Source of the DNA: Thermoplasmata archaeon
GTDB taxonomy: Archaea > Thermoplasmatota > Thermoplasmata > Thermoplasmatales > ARK-15
Assembly: GCA_049965455.1 (NCBI GenBank)
Contig: JBMFWH010000001.1
Location: forward strand, 2,874 to 66,873
Reading direction: 5' to 3'
DNA: 64,000 nt
In this document: positions 10,460 to 18,756 of the stretch, in pieces
Numbering within the stretch: the first letter of the stretch is position 1
How the letters are laid out: every line of letters starts with the position of its first letter
Notes under the pieces: generated by a model
What the model was told of the DNA's origin: nothing
What the model saw: the letters and a program-made list of their open reading frames with translations, nothing else
The model's database searches: none
Program-made: the position numbers and the translations under genes

Positions 10460-12029
10460 CCTCAAACCCGTACATCTTTTTGAGCTCTTCAAACCTGGTT
10501 CTTATCGTTAAAAGCGCTTCTGGCAGATGCTCTAATATGTCTCTAGCGACCATGCCGTCCTCCCCTTTATCCTTGGCAGCCAGGTTCCCGGCCAGGCCAT
10601 GCGCAAACACGCCCATTCTCACAGCATTTTCAGTGTTGAGCCCCAACCCATGCATGGCGGCGATAGTGCCCGTAAGCACATCTCCGCTGCCCGCAGTGGC
10701 CATGCCCACATTGCCGGTCATGTTTATGTACACTTTTCCGGCGGGTGTGCCGATCTGAGTATGAGCGCCCTTTAAAACGAGATAAACATGATTGGCTTGC
10801 GCAAAAGACCTGACAAATTCGATCGAGTCTTCAAGAATGGCGTTTATATCCTTTTTTGCAAGCCTGCTCATCTCTCCGAGATGGGGAGTCAGGATGGTGT
10901 CTGCAGTTCTGGATGTTAATATTTCCGGATGATCTGCAATAGCGCTCAATCCATCGCCATCGATCAATATCGGCTTTTTTATTTCTGACGCCAGCTCTGC
11001 AATAAGAGTCTGCGTCTCAGCATTCAAAGATAATCCTGGCCCCAAAACCACAAAATCCGAGAGTTCTGCAAGGTTTAATATCCCTGTTTTCTCGCTGTAA
11101 TGCACAGATCCGTCATATGTTTCGGATACAGGATAAAACACGATCTCTCTCGCGTCTGAAACAGACTGTATGAGCGATTCTGGTATGACCAGCCTCGCGT
11201 ACCCTCCGCCAGCCTTTAAGAACGATAATGCTGAAAAATAGGGCGCGCCATAATAGTTTTTCGAGCCTGCAACAACAAGCACGTTTCCAAACATGTTTTT
11301 GTACCCTGCCTTACCTCGTGCAGGAATGAAAACAGGATCATTGATCTCTGTAAGCAAAGACTCTGATTCATAAAGGGCTGGGGGAAACGATATGCGCGAT
11401 ACCATGATCTTGCCGCAATATTCAAAGCCGGGATAGAGTACAATGCCGGATTTCAGGGTTCCGAAAGTGACCGTGTAATCTGCCTTTACTGCAATGCCCA
11501 TTATTTTTCCTGAATCGCCATTTATGCCGGACGGGATGTCAATGCTAAATACCGGTTTTTTGCTGTTGTTGATAATCGAAATGGCATCTGCATATTTTCC
11601 TTCTACGTTCTTATATAACCCTGTGCCGAATATTGCGTCTACGATTGCATCACAGTTTTTTACATACTCTTCAGCGCTATTCTTTTCGAATTTTTCTATT
11701 TTTGTAATCTTCTTTATTATCTCAAAGTTCAACTTTGCAGAGCCCTGATACTTGTCAGGGCTTTCAAGAATGAATACCTTAACTTCTGCACCGTTAGAGA
11801 TCAGCTTTCTGGAACTTACAAGACCGTCTCCGCCGTTGTTTCCAGGCCCTGCAAACACTGCAAACTTCTTTTTTAATACATTCGAGAATGTGTTCAAAAT
11901 ACAAAAATAAACAGCATTGCCTGCATTTTCCATCAGGATCTGGTCTGCAATGCCGAACTTGCTTATGGCTGCATGATCCATATCGCGCATCTGTTGAGTC
12001 TTACAAATTTTCATAGCTTCATCACGCAC
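10452..12029 (-). CDS. nnr: bifunctional NAD(P)H-hydrate epimerase/dehydratase
   Basis: 525 aa. N-terminal YjeF_N motif GPGNNGGDG and C-terminal carbohydrate-kinase motif GSGDVLTG. The true start may be the internal ATG (MKICK...). Confidence 0.9.
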   Translation of the reverse strand: MRDEAMKICKTQQMRDMDHAAISKFGIADQILMENAGNAVYFCILNTFSNVLKKKFAVFAGPGNNGGDGLVSSRKLISNGAEVKVFILESPDKYQGSAKLNFEIIKKITKIEKFEKNSAEEYVKNCDAIVDAIFGTGLYKNVEGKYADAISIINNSKKPVFSIDIPSGINGDSGKIMGIAVKADYTVTFGTLKSGIVLYPGFEYCGKIMVSRISFPPALYESESLLTEINDPVFIPARGKAGYKNMFGNVLVVAGSKNYYGAPYFSALSFLKAGGGYARLVIPESLIQSVSDAREIVFYPVSETYDGSVHYSEKTGILNLAELSDFVVLGPGLSLNAETQTLIAELASEIKKPILIDGDGLSAIADHPEILTSRTADTILTPHLGEMSRLAKKDINAILEDSIEFVRSFAQANHVYLVLKGAHTQIGTPAGKVYINMTGNVGMATAGSGDVLTGTIAAMHGLGLNTENAVRMGVFAHGLAGNLAAKDKGEDGMVARDILEHLPEALLTIRTRFEELKKMYGFEVI

Positions 12030-12072
12030 AATTAAAATAATTGTTACCCGTATTTATCGTTTTCTGTAAAAT

Positions 12073-12240
12073 CTATGCCAGAAATAAACCGTTAGACCAC
12101 CTTTATATACTCATAAGTAAAAAGTATCGGAAAATGGCTGATTTCTAAAATATTAAAAGTGTAGGGGGTACGTACTTTTTAAAGAAAATCTATCACAAAT
12201 GCCTTGTAATACATAATAAACTTGGAAGAAAATAGCAATA
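12073..12240. repeat. intergenic repeat, copy A (partner at 22643..22810)
   Basis: Manual alignment gives roughly 9 of 10 positions identical over about 168 bp, in the same orientation. It contains the TATA-like TTTATATA (12102..12109) and a hairpin plus T5 (12155..12180). It begins 44 bp upstream of the tracked nnr start codon. Confidence 0.85.
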
Positions 12241-12399
12241 GGTCACGATTCTGAAGTTAATGGTTCATAAAAATGAGTATTATGCGTAATTTTTACCGTA
12301 TTTAAAGGATAGATAATATATTTTATTTTGTAATAATAAATTAAAAATATATTGTATTAAAGGCACTTTCTTTTAGATTGCCACTTCATAATCGTGACC
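12241..12399. repeat. 159-bp AT-rich segment bounded by 17-nt inverted repeats
   Basis: ggtcacgattctgaagt (12241..12257) versus acttcataatcgtgacc (12383..12399), complementary at 16 of 17 positions. No target-site duplication is visible. Confidence 0.7.
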
Positions 12400-12450
12400 A
12401 GTTACTGCGAATAAAAAAAATATATATATGTTTGAGCATTACCAATTAAC

Positions 12451-12482
12451 TTGACTTTCCATATTAAAATAGGAAAAGTCAA
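12451..12482 (+). promoter_or_regulatory. imperfect palindrome immediately upstream of the island's first gene
   Basis: ttgactttcc-atattaaaata-ggaaaagtcaa ends 8 nt before the ATG at 12490. It could be an operator or a 5' leader hairpin. Confidence 0.35.
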
Positions 12483-12489
12483 AGTTAAA

Positions 12490-13041
12490 ATGGAGATGGA
12501 GAGGGAAAATATGGATGAAACCAAAAAAAAGAAAAACAGCCACGTAAAACACATTAGATCGGCTAGAAAAGGTCTGATCGGAGCTTTTGCGGTATTAACA
12601 ACCTTTGTCTTGGCTTTGATTTTATTAAGTACCAATGTTAATGTATCTAATCTATCTCCGCAAACAATATCTCCTACATGGACCGGCTATGCATCTTCTG
12701 GACTTTATATAGTTCATTATACAAACGGCTTGGGCATCACAGTAGTACAATCAGAATTTGAAGCTAATTGGACATACTATGGAGAAAACGGTACATATAT
12801 GCAGGGATATGCACCATACTGGCACGCAAATGCGCCACTTTGGGGTTCCTCGGTAAAATTAGAATCACCACAATGGGCACAGATTGCTCCAGGAAATGAG
12901 ACAGCGTATGGTGATGGTTACTATATTGCCGGAATGGGTTGGTTTTCGATAACACAAGGATTTTACAGTGCATATAATATCCCACCTAATTCCTATGGTA
13001 CTGGAACATTCTCTTGGGGATGTGGAACTGTAAATTACTAA
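12490..13041 (+). CDS. secreted or pilin-like protein of unknown function
   Basis: ATG at 12490 within tracked ORF 12451..13041. A charged leader is followed by RKG-LIGAFAVLTTFVLALILL, which resembles an archaeal class III (prepilin) signal. The Trp/Tyr/Gly-rich ectodomain carries several N-x-S/T sequons. Confidence 0.6.
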   Translation: MEMERENMDETKKKKNSHVKHIRSARKGLIGAFAVLTTFVLALILLSTNVNVSNLSPQTISPTWTGYASSGLYIVHYTNGLGITVVQSEFEANWTYYGENGTYMQGYAPYWHANAPLWGSSVKLESPQWAQIAPGNETAYGDGYYIAGMGWFSITQGFYSAYNIPPNSYGTGTFSWGCGTVNY

Positions 13042-13051
13042 AGTGGTGAAA

Positions 13052-13870
13052 ATGAAACTTGCAACAAAAAATTTTTTAATTATAATTATTATTTTTTTAG
13101 TGTTGGGGCTGTTTTTCTCAGGTATGTTTGCAGTCCATAATGGGAATATATGTTTTTATTATACAACAAATCAGAAGCCATATCTTCCGGGAAGTTATGA
13201 AAATTATTCTTTAAATGAATTCGCAGTACTCGGGGATATGTCATATAACTTTAAAGGCTATATAAATGTAAGTTCGGGAATATCGTCAACAACGGTAGAT
13301 GTAAATGTTTGGATTTCAGTACTGGCCAAGCCATCTTATTATTTTCATGATGTCAAAACTCTGATTTTCATAGAAAAAAATGGATATTTTTATTATAATG
13401 GAAGCAGAGTAATCCTTCCATTTTTTTATGAAGGTAATACTGTTATATCTGAATTTAGAGGCAATTATAACAATGGCAGTAATGATGGCGGATCAATAAT
13501 TACAGATCCTGGGATATATCAATTCCATCCAGGAATATTTTTATCAACATCCTTTGAAGAGTATGAGTATTCGGCAGATTCCAAACAGCTTTTTATAATG
13601 AGTAGTTTTGTAGATTCAGATCCATTATTTATGGAAGTGTTTGGGATAGCATATAAAGCAGATAACAATACTTATCCTGTTCCATTGCATATAATACTTA
13701 ATAAGACAAACTATATAGTATTCCCTCCAGATTGGCTATATATAATTACTACATTTTCTGTGGTGTTCATAATTATGGGGGCTCCAATAATTGTTCCTGT
13801 GTTAATTATTTTAATATTGATTGCATACAGAAAACACAAGAGGCGTAAATATGAGCGAAATGAACCGTGA
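13052..13870 (+). CDS. bitopic membrane glycoprotein-like protein of unknown function
   Basis: N-terminal hydrophobic signal or anchor, an approximately 215-aa Tyr/Asn-rich ectodomain with many N-x-S/T sequons, then a C-terminal TM helix and basic tail YRKHKRRKYERNEP. Confidence 0.6.
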   Translation: MKLATKNFLIIIIIFLVLGLFFSGMFAVHNGNICFYYTTNQKPYLPGSYENYSLNEFAVLGDMSYNFKGYINVSSGISSTTVDVNVWISVLAKPSYYFHDVKTLIFIEKNGYFYYNGSRVILPFFYEGNTVISEFRGNYNNGSNDGGSIITDPGIYQFHPGIFLSTSFEEYEYSADSKQLFIMSSFVDSDPLFMEVFGIAYKADNNTYPVPLHIILNKTNYIVFPPDWLYIITTFSVVFIIMGAPIIVPVLIILILIAYRKHKRRKYERNEP

Positions 13871-14729
13871 AAAACCAATTATTGAATGCTTAAATCTTAC
13901 CAAGGCATATGAAAATCATTTTGTATTTAAGGATGCAAATTGCAAGACAGGGGGTGGAATCACAGGTTTGGTGGCACCGAATGGGTATGGAAAAACAACA
14001 TTTATTGAAATGTGTGTGGGAGTTAGGAAAAACTATGCTGGTAATATAAATATTCTTGGGAAATCTCCGGATTATGTTAAGAATTCCATTGGATTTGTTC
14101 CGGATAAACCATCATACCCTGCTAACATCAAAGTAGGAGATTACATAGAATTAGTAAATGAGATATATGGAAGAAAGCCTGATAATAATATGATTCAATT
14201 AGCCAATATTGAAAAGGTAATGGATTTAAGAATTGGGGAACTATCAGCAGGGTATCTTAAAAGAGTTTCATTCTTGCTTGCAATAACTCATTCCCCTAAA
14301 ATTGTGTTTGCGGATGAACTGTTTTCAAATGTGGACAAATATGCAGTGTCTATAATGCTAAAAATGATTATGGATCTAAAGAATAGTGGTATTTCATTCA
14401 TTATTTCATCTCATGATATTTCTGAATTGGCCAGCATCGCAGATAGAGTATTAATAATAAATGAAAATAAATTTAAGGAACTATATCCGAGGAAATTGGA
14501 ACTGAGGATCATACAAATATCGTCAGAGAACAATGAACTCCTTTATGAGCTATTAAAAAATTATTTTGAAGCGGAGATAACTGATAATGGATTGATTGTC
14601 AAGTTTGACAATTTAAACAAACTTCTAAGATTGCTGTCCACATTTGATAAGGAAATTTATTCATTGAAAATTTTAGATAGGAGGGAGAGTTTTCTTGATG
14701 AAATCAATAAAGCCATTACTGAAGATTGA
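13851..14729 (+). CDS. ABC transporter ATPase (ABC-2 type, divergent motifs)
   Basis: Walker A APNGYGKTT, signature LSAGYLKRV, Walker B IVFADELFSNVD, H-loop SSHD, plus an extra C-terminal domain. The ATG at 13851 overlaps the upstream gene. Confidence 0.8.
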   Translation: MSEMNREKPIIECLNLTKAYENHFVFKDANCKTGGGITGLVAPNGYGKTTFIEMCVGVRKNYAGNINILGKSPDYVKNSIGFVPDKPSYPANIKVGDYIELVNEIYGRKPDNNMIQLANIEKVMDLRIGELSAGYLKRVSFLLAITHSPKIVFADELFSNVDKYAVSIMLKMIMDLKNSGISFIISSHDISELASIADRVLIINENKFKELYPRKLELRIIQISSENNELLYELLKNYFEAEITDNGLIVKFDNLNKLLRLLSTFDKEIYSLKILDRRESFLDEINKAITED

Positions 14730-15414
14730 ATGGAAAAATCACAATTTTTATTTATATTTATCTATAAACATAACAATATTCTTAGTTTTGATAATGATTA
14801 TAAAAATGGAAAATAATTCTTTAGTAACGGATTGTATTCAATTTTCACTTATTACGTTTATAATATTTGGATTATTCTGGGCTACATCAATGCTTGAGAA
14901 TCTAAAAAATTATAAGGAGAGTGGTATCTTAAAAACATACGTTTCCTATCCTATAAATACTGTTCAATTTGTTGTTTCAAAGCAAATTCCATATTTAATG
15001 TGTGATTTAATATCCTTGATTGTAGGTTCATTTGCAGCATTTATTATAATCGGTGATCTTAAATTTCTAAGTTTGGAATTGTTTCTTATTGCTACACTGT
15101 TTACATTATTATCTTCAAGAGCATTATTTTTCTTGGGATCGATGATGTTAAGGTTAGGATTCTTGCCTGAGATAATAGTAATATTTTACTATGTCATTGT
15201 ATTTTTCATTAATTATGCTCAAATTGGCATAAACACTATATTCTTCACACAGTTCCCATATTTTTATTTATTTGCCACTTTTTTTTCGTTAAATTATACG
15301 GACGTTGATATCTTAAATTTAATAGCAATGCCGATTATATATCTCATACTTATATTTCTAGCCATGGTTAGTTTTAAGATTACAAACTGGAAATTATTAT
15401 TTAATTACAAATAA
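14698..15414 (+). CDS. ABC-2-type permease-like membrane protein
   Basis: About 238 aa with 6 hydrophobic helices. It overlaps the ATPase gene. The stop is followed by a T8 run. Confidence 0.6.
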   Translation: MKSIKPLLKIEWKNHNFYLYLSINITIFLVLIMIIKMENNSLVTDCIQFSLITFIIFGLFWATSMLENLKNYKESGILKTYVSYPINTVQFVVSKQIPYLMCDLISLIVGSFAAFIIIGDLKFLSLELFLIATLFTLLSSRALFFLGSMMLRLGFLPEIIVIFYYVIVFFINYAQIGINTIFFTQFPYFYLFATFFSLNYTDVDILNLIAMPIIYLILIFLAMVSFKITNWKLLFNYK

Positions 15415-15675
15415 TTTTTTTAATTTATAAAAGTTGTTTCATAGATTATGTTCGTTAGATCTTCTGATATGAGAATTTTTTATTTGACCTGCTATTCTCT
15501 ATGCTGAGACTTTAGTGTTTATCAAGCCTGATACCCTCTATCTCTAGATTCACAGTGCACAGTATCTATTTACATATGTAAAAAAATACTCAATCTTTAT
15601 GTTAACTTACATCATAACATCCCCCGGTCACAAAAATTAAAAAAACTTAATAACTTTAACGTATATAACACACTT

Positions 15676-18039
15676 ATGATAATTGAATCTTATGACATTT
15701 ATATGGATGTGGATAGTGCCTCAGACTCTTACAGAGGAACTGAGAAAATTAAAGTATTGGGCGCTAACGAGCAACTGGTATTGAACTCTTTTAACCTGAA
15801 CATAAAAAGCATAAAGCTTGACCGGAAAAACGTGAAATTCAGCATCAATGCTGAAAAAGAAGAGCTCACGATATCAGAGTATGTGGACGGCCAAGTAACC
15901 GTAACAGTGGAATTTGAAGGCAAAATCAACGAGAATCTCATGGGCCTGTACATGGCCAACAGCAAGAATGGCAAGATGTATACGACTCAGTTTGAGCCAA
16001 CACAGGCACGCTGGGCGTTTCCGTGCCTTGACAATCCTTATTATAAGGCAAAATTCAACATCTCTTTGCTGATCGATAAAGATCTAGATGCAATATCAAA
16101 CATGCCCGTTAAATTCAGGAAAGTGTCAGGAAATAGAAAACTGGTCAAGTTCAAAGAAACTCCGAGAATGTCCACTTATCTTGTGTACATAGGGATCGGG
16201 AAGTTCGAGGAGAAATCGCAGCATTTAAAAAACAAGAACGTGATTCTGACCGCTCCTGCAGGAACATTGAAAAGCACGGATTTTCCGATCGATATTGCCA
16301 AGAAAGCAATAACGTTTTACGAGAACTATTTTAATATCAAATATGCAATGCCAAAGATGCACTTGATCTCAGTCCCGGAATTTGCTGCAGGTGCGATGGA
16401 AAACTGGGGCGCGATAACGTTCAGGGAGGTAGTGTTACTCGTGGATGAGACTACAAGCAACGCTGTCAAAAAAAGGGTTGCGGAAGTGATCAGCCACGAA
16501 ATTGCGCACCAATGGTTCGGAGATCTTGTGACCATGAAATGGTGGAATGATCTGTGGCTCAATGAGAGCTTTGCTACGTTTATGGCATATAAGGTTCTGG
16601 ACCATTACTATCCGCAATGGGACTCTTGGGCAGAGCTGATGCTTGGAGATACTTCCGGGGCTCTGAGAGGAGACTCTCTTAAAAACACGCATCCGATTGA
16701 TGTAAAAGTGCAAGATCCAAAAGAGATAACCCAGATATTTGACGAGATAAGCTATGGAAAGGGTGGAAGCATATTGAGAATGATAGAGGCATATGTTGGG
16801 CTCGATAATTTCAGGGACGGAGTGCGCAAGTACCTGACCAAGTTCGCGTACTCGAATGCTGAAGGACAGGATCTATGGAACGAGATAGAGGCAATTACAA
16901 AACAGCCGATGTCAAAGATAATGAAAGCATGGATTGAGAAAGAGGGATATCCAGTGATATCTGCAAGCAGGAATGGAGAGCTGATCAAGATTGAACAGAC
17001 CCGGTTCCTGTTAGATGGAACTATTGAAAAAGATTCTTGGCCAGTACCTTTGACCATTAAAAGAGCGGGCAGCGCAGAATCAATATTGTTAGAGGAAGAG
17101 AGTAAAACCATAAAAAGCGAGGGCTTTATAAAGCTGAACATAAACCAGACCGGATTTTACAGAGTGAAATATGACAGCTACCTGTTTGAAAACATAATAA
17201 GAAACAAAGACAAGCTATCAGAGCTGGATAAATGGGGAATTGTAAATGATGCGTTTGCATTTTTGCTGGCCGGATTGATAAGCAAGGCAGAGTATGTTGA
17301 GAAGATCCGTGCATTTAAAAATGAAACTGAGTACCTTGTTATTAAAGAGATAGAATCCCAGCTGTCCACGCTGTTGCTGATACTGGACAATGATGCAGAA
17401 TTGAGTGATTTTGCCAGGTCTTATTTCAGGACGCATCTGGACAGGCTGGAGCAGGGCATGGCTTCAGAAAACGATCGCATATTGCGTGGCTCTGTCGCTT
17501 TAGACCTGTGCTTGCTGGACAAGCAGTTTGCAGAGTCTATGGCGTCCAGGTTCAGGGACTTTGAAAAATCTGATCCTGATATGAAAAATGCGATTTCGCA
17601 ATCAGCGGCACTCGTGTTCAAAAACCTGGATGCGCTGATGGAGAAGTACAAGGCCACTGACAAGGATGAAGATAAAATGTATCTGATCGGCGCGATGGGA
17701 TGGTTGCCAGAGTCAGAACTGGATAAAGTGGTAAGCCTGATCAGAAGCGGAGACATCAAAAAGCAGGATACTACAAGATTTTATATCTCGGCAGCACTGT
17801 GCCCATACAACAGGGCATATATATTAAAAAACTTTGAAACAATAGTGAAAGAAACGTTAAAAGTGTTTGCAGGCACAGGCTATGCAGGGCGGTTGGTAGA
17901 AATATCGGTACCTTATCTGGGGCTAAAGAAAGAGCATGAAATAAAGAGTATCCTGAGCAAGCTAACGGACCTGGAATTGAAGAGAGGAATAGAGAAAGGA
18001 CTGGAATTATTGACCATATATTCCAAGCTTGTGAGATAA
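15676..18039 (+). CDS. M1-family aminopeptidase (tricorn-interacting factor F2/F3-like)
   Basis: 787 aa. GAMENWG exopeptidase motif and HEIAHQWFGD...E zinc site. Confidence 0.9.
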   Translation: MIIESYDIYMDVDSASDSYRGTEKIKVLGANEQLVLNSFNLNIKSIKLDRKNVKFSINAEKEELTISEYVDGQVTVTVEFEGKINENLMGLYMANSKNGKMYTTQFEPTQARWAFPCLDNPYYKAKFNISLLIDKDLDAISNMPVKFRKVSGNRKLVKFKETPRMSTYLVYIGIGKFEEKSQHLKNKNVILTAPAGTLKSTDFPIDIAKKAITFYENYFNIKYAMPKMHLISVPEFAAGAMENWGAITFREVVLLVDETTSNAVKKRVAEVISHEIAHQWFGDLVTMKWWNDLWLNESFATFMAYKVLDHYYPQWDSWAELMLGDTSGALRGDSLKNTHPIDVKVQDPKEITQIFDEISYGKGGSILRMIEAYVGLDNFRDGVRKYLTKFAYSNAEGQDLWNEIEAITKQPMSKIMKAWIEKEGYPVISASRNGELIKIEQTRFLLDGTIEKDSWPVPLTIKRAGSAESILLEEESKTIKSEGFIKLNINQTGFYRVKYDSYLFENIIRNKDKLSELDKWGIVNDAFAFLLAGLISKAEYVEKIRAFKNETEYLVIKEIESQLSTLLLILDNDAELSDFARSYFRTHLDRLEQGMASENDRILRGSVALDLCLLDKQFAESMASRFRDFEKSDPDMKNAISQSAALVFKNLDALMEKYKATDKDEDKMYLIGAMGWLPESELDKVVSLIRSGDIKKQDTTRFYISAALCPYNRAYILKNFETIVKETLKVFAGTGYAGRLVEISVPYLGLKKEHEIKSILSKLTDLELKRGIEKGLELLTIYSKLVR

Positions 18040-18082
18040 AGTATTTAAATAAAAACATATATCATGAGAAGGTGATCATAAT

Positions 18083-18754
18083 ATGGACTATTTGATATGG
18101 TACGGGCACTCTGCCTTTGAGCTTAACATTGACGAAAAGAAGATACTAATCGATCCCTGGATTAGCAATCCTTTATCCAGTACAAAGCCTGAAGACATCA
18201 AAAACGTGGATGTAATAGTTATTACCCACAGCCACGAAGATCATACGGGGGACGTGGATACGATTCTTGCAAACAATCCAGAAGCAAAGCTATTGGCAAT
18301 GTTTGAGCTTGCAAACAGCTATGAAGAAAAAGGTGCAAAACACGTGATCGGCGCAAACATAGGGGGCGCAGCGATGATCGAGGCCATGAAATTTGTACTG
18401 ACCAGCGCTACACACAGCTCTGCACTGGGCTCTCCTTCCGGAGTGGTCATAATAGGCAAGAACAGCACAGTCTATCATGCTGGCGATACGGGCGCAATGA
18501 TGGACATGAAGCTGATCGGCGAGTTTTACAAGCCTAAGGTTGCAATGCTGCCGATTGGCGGGCACTTTGTGATGGGTCCTTACGAAGCTGCAAAAGCGGT
18601 GGAACTGATCCACCCCAAGATTGCAATACCCATGCATTACCAGACCTTTCCAGCGTTGTGGGGCACTGCCATAGAATTTGAAAACGAAGTGCGAAAATTA
18701 AAGCTTGATACTAAGGTCGTGACACTCAAGCCTGGTGAAAAATTAAATATATAA
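18083..18754 (+). CDS. UPF0173-type metal-dependent hydrolase (metallo-beta-lactamase fold)
   Basis: 223 aa. THSHEDHTGD motif and N-terminus YGHSAFEL. Confidence 0.8.
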   Translation: MDYLIWYGHSAFELNIDEKKILIDPWISNPLSSTKPEDIKNVDVIVITHSHEDHTGDVDTILANNPEAKLLAMFELANSYEEKGAKHVIGANIGGAAMIEAMKFVLTSATHSSALGSPSGVVIIGKNSTVYHAGDTGAMMDMKLIGEFYKPKVAMLPIGGHFVMGPYEAAKAVELIHPKIAIPMHYQTFPALWGTAIEFENEVRKLKLDTKVVTLKPGEKLNI

Positions 18755-18756
18755 GA

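Noticed and set aside
12402-12635. Tracked minus-strand ORFs in AT-rich spacers, namely 12402..12635 and 25323..25592.
   Set aside because: They overlap better-supported plus-strand genes or regulatory spacers. Their hydrophobic low-complexity translations are typical of AT-rich antisense frames.
15504-15540. A ctgaga ... cctgata pair in the 260-bp spacer before the aminopeptidase gene recalled the TPP riboswitch core, which is known in Thermoplasmata.
   Set aside because: The other conserved thi-box elements are absent: the GGGG.GC P2 strand, CUGGAUAAUGCCAGCG and the AGGGA closing sequence. The downstream gene is also not thiamine-related.
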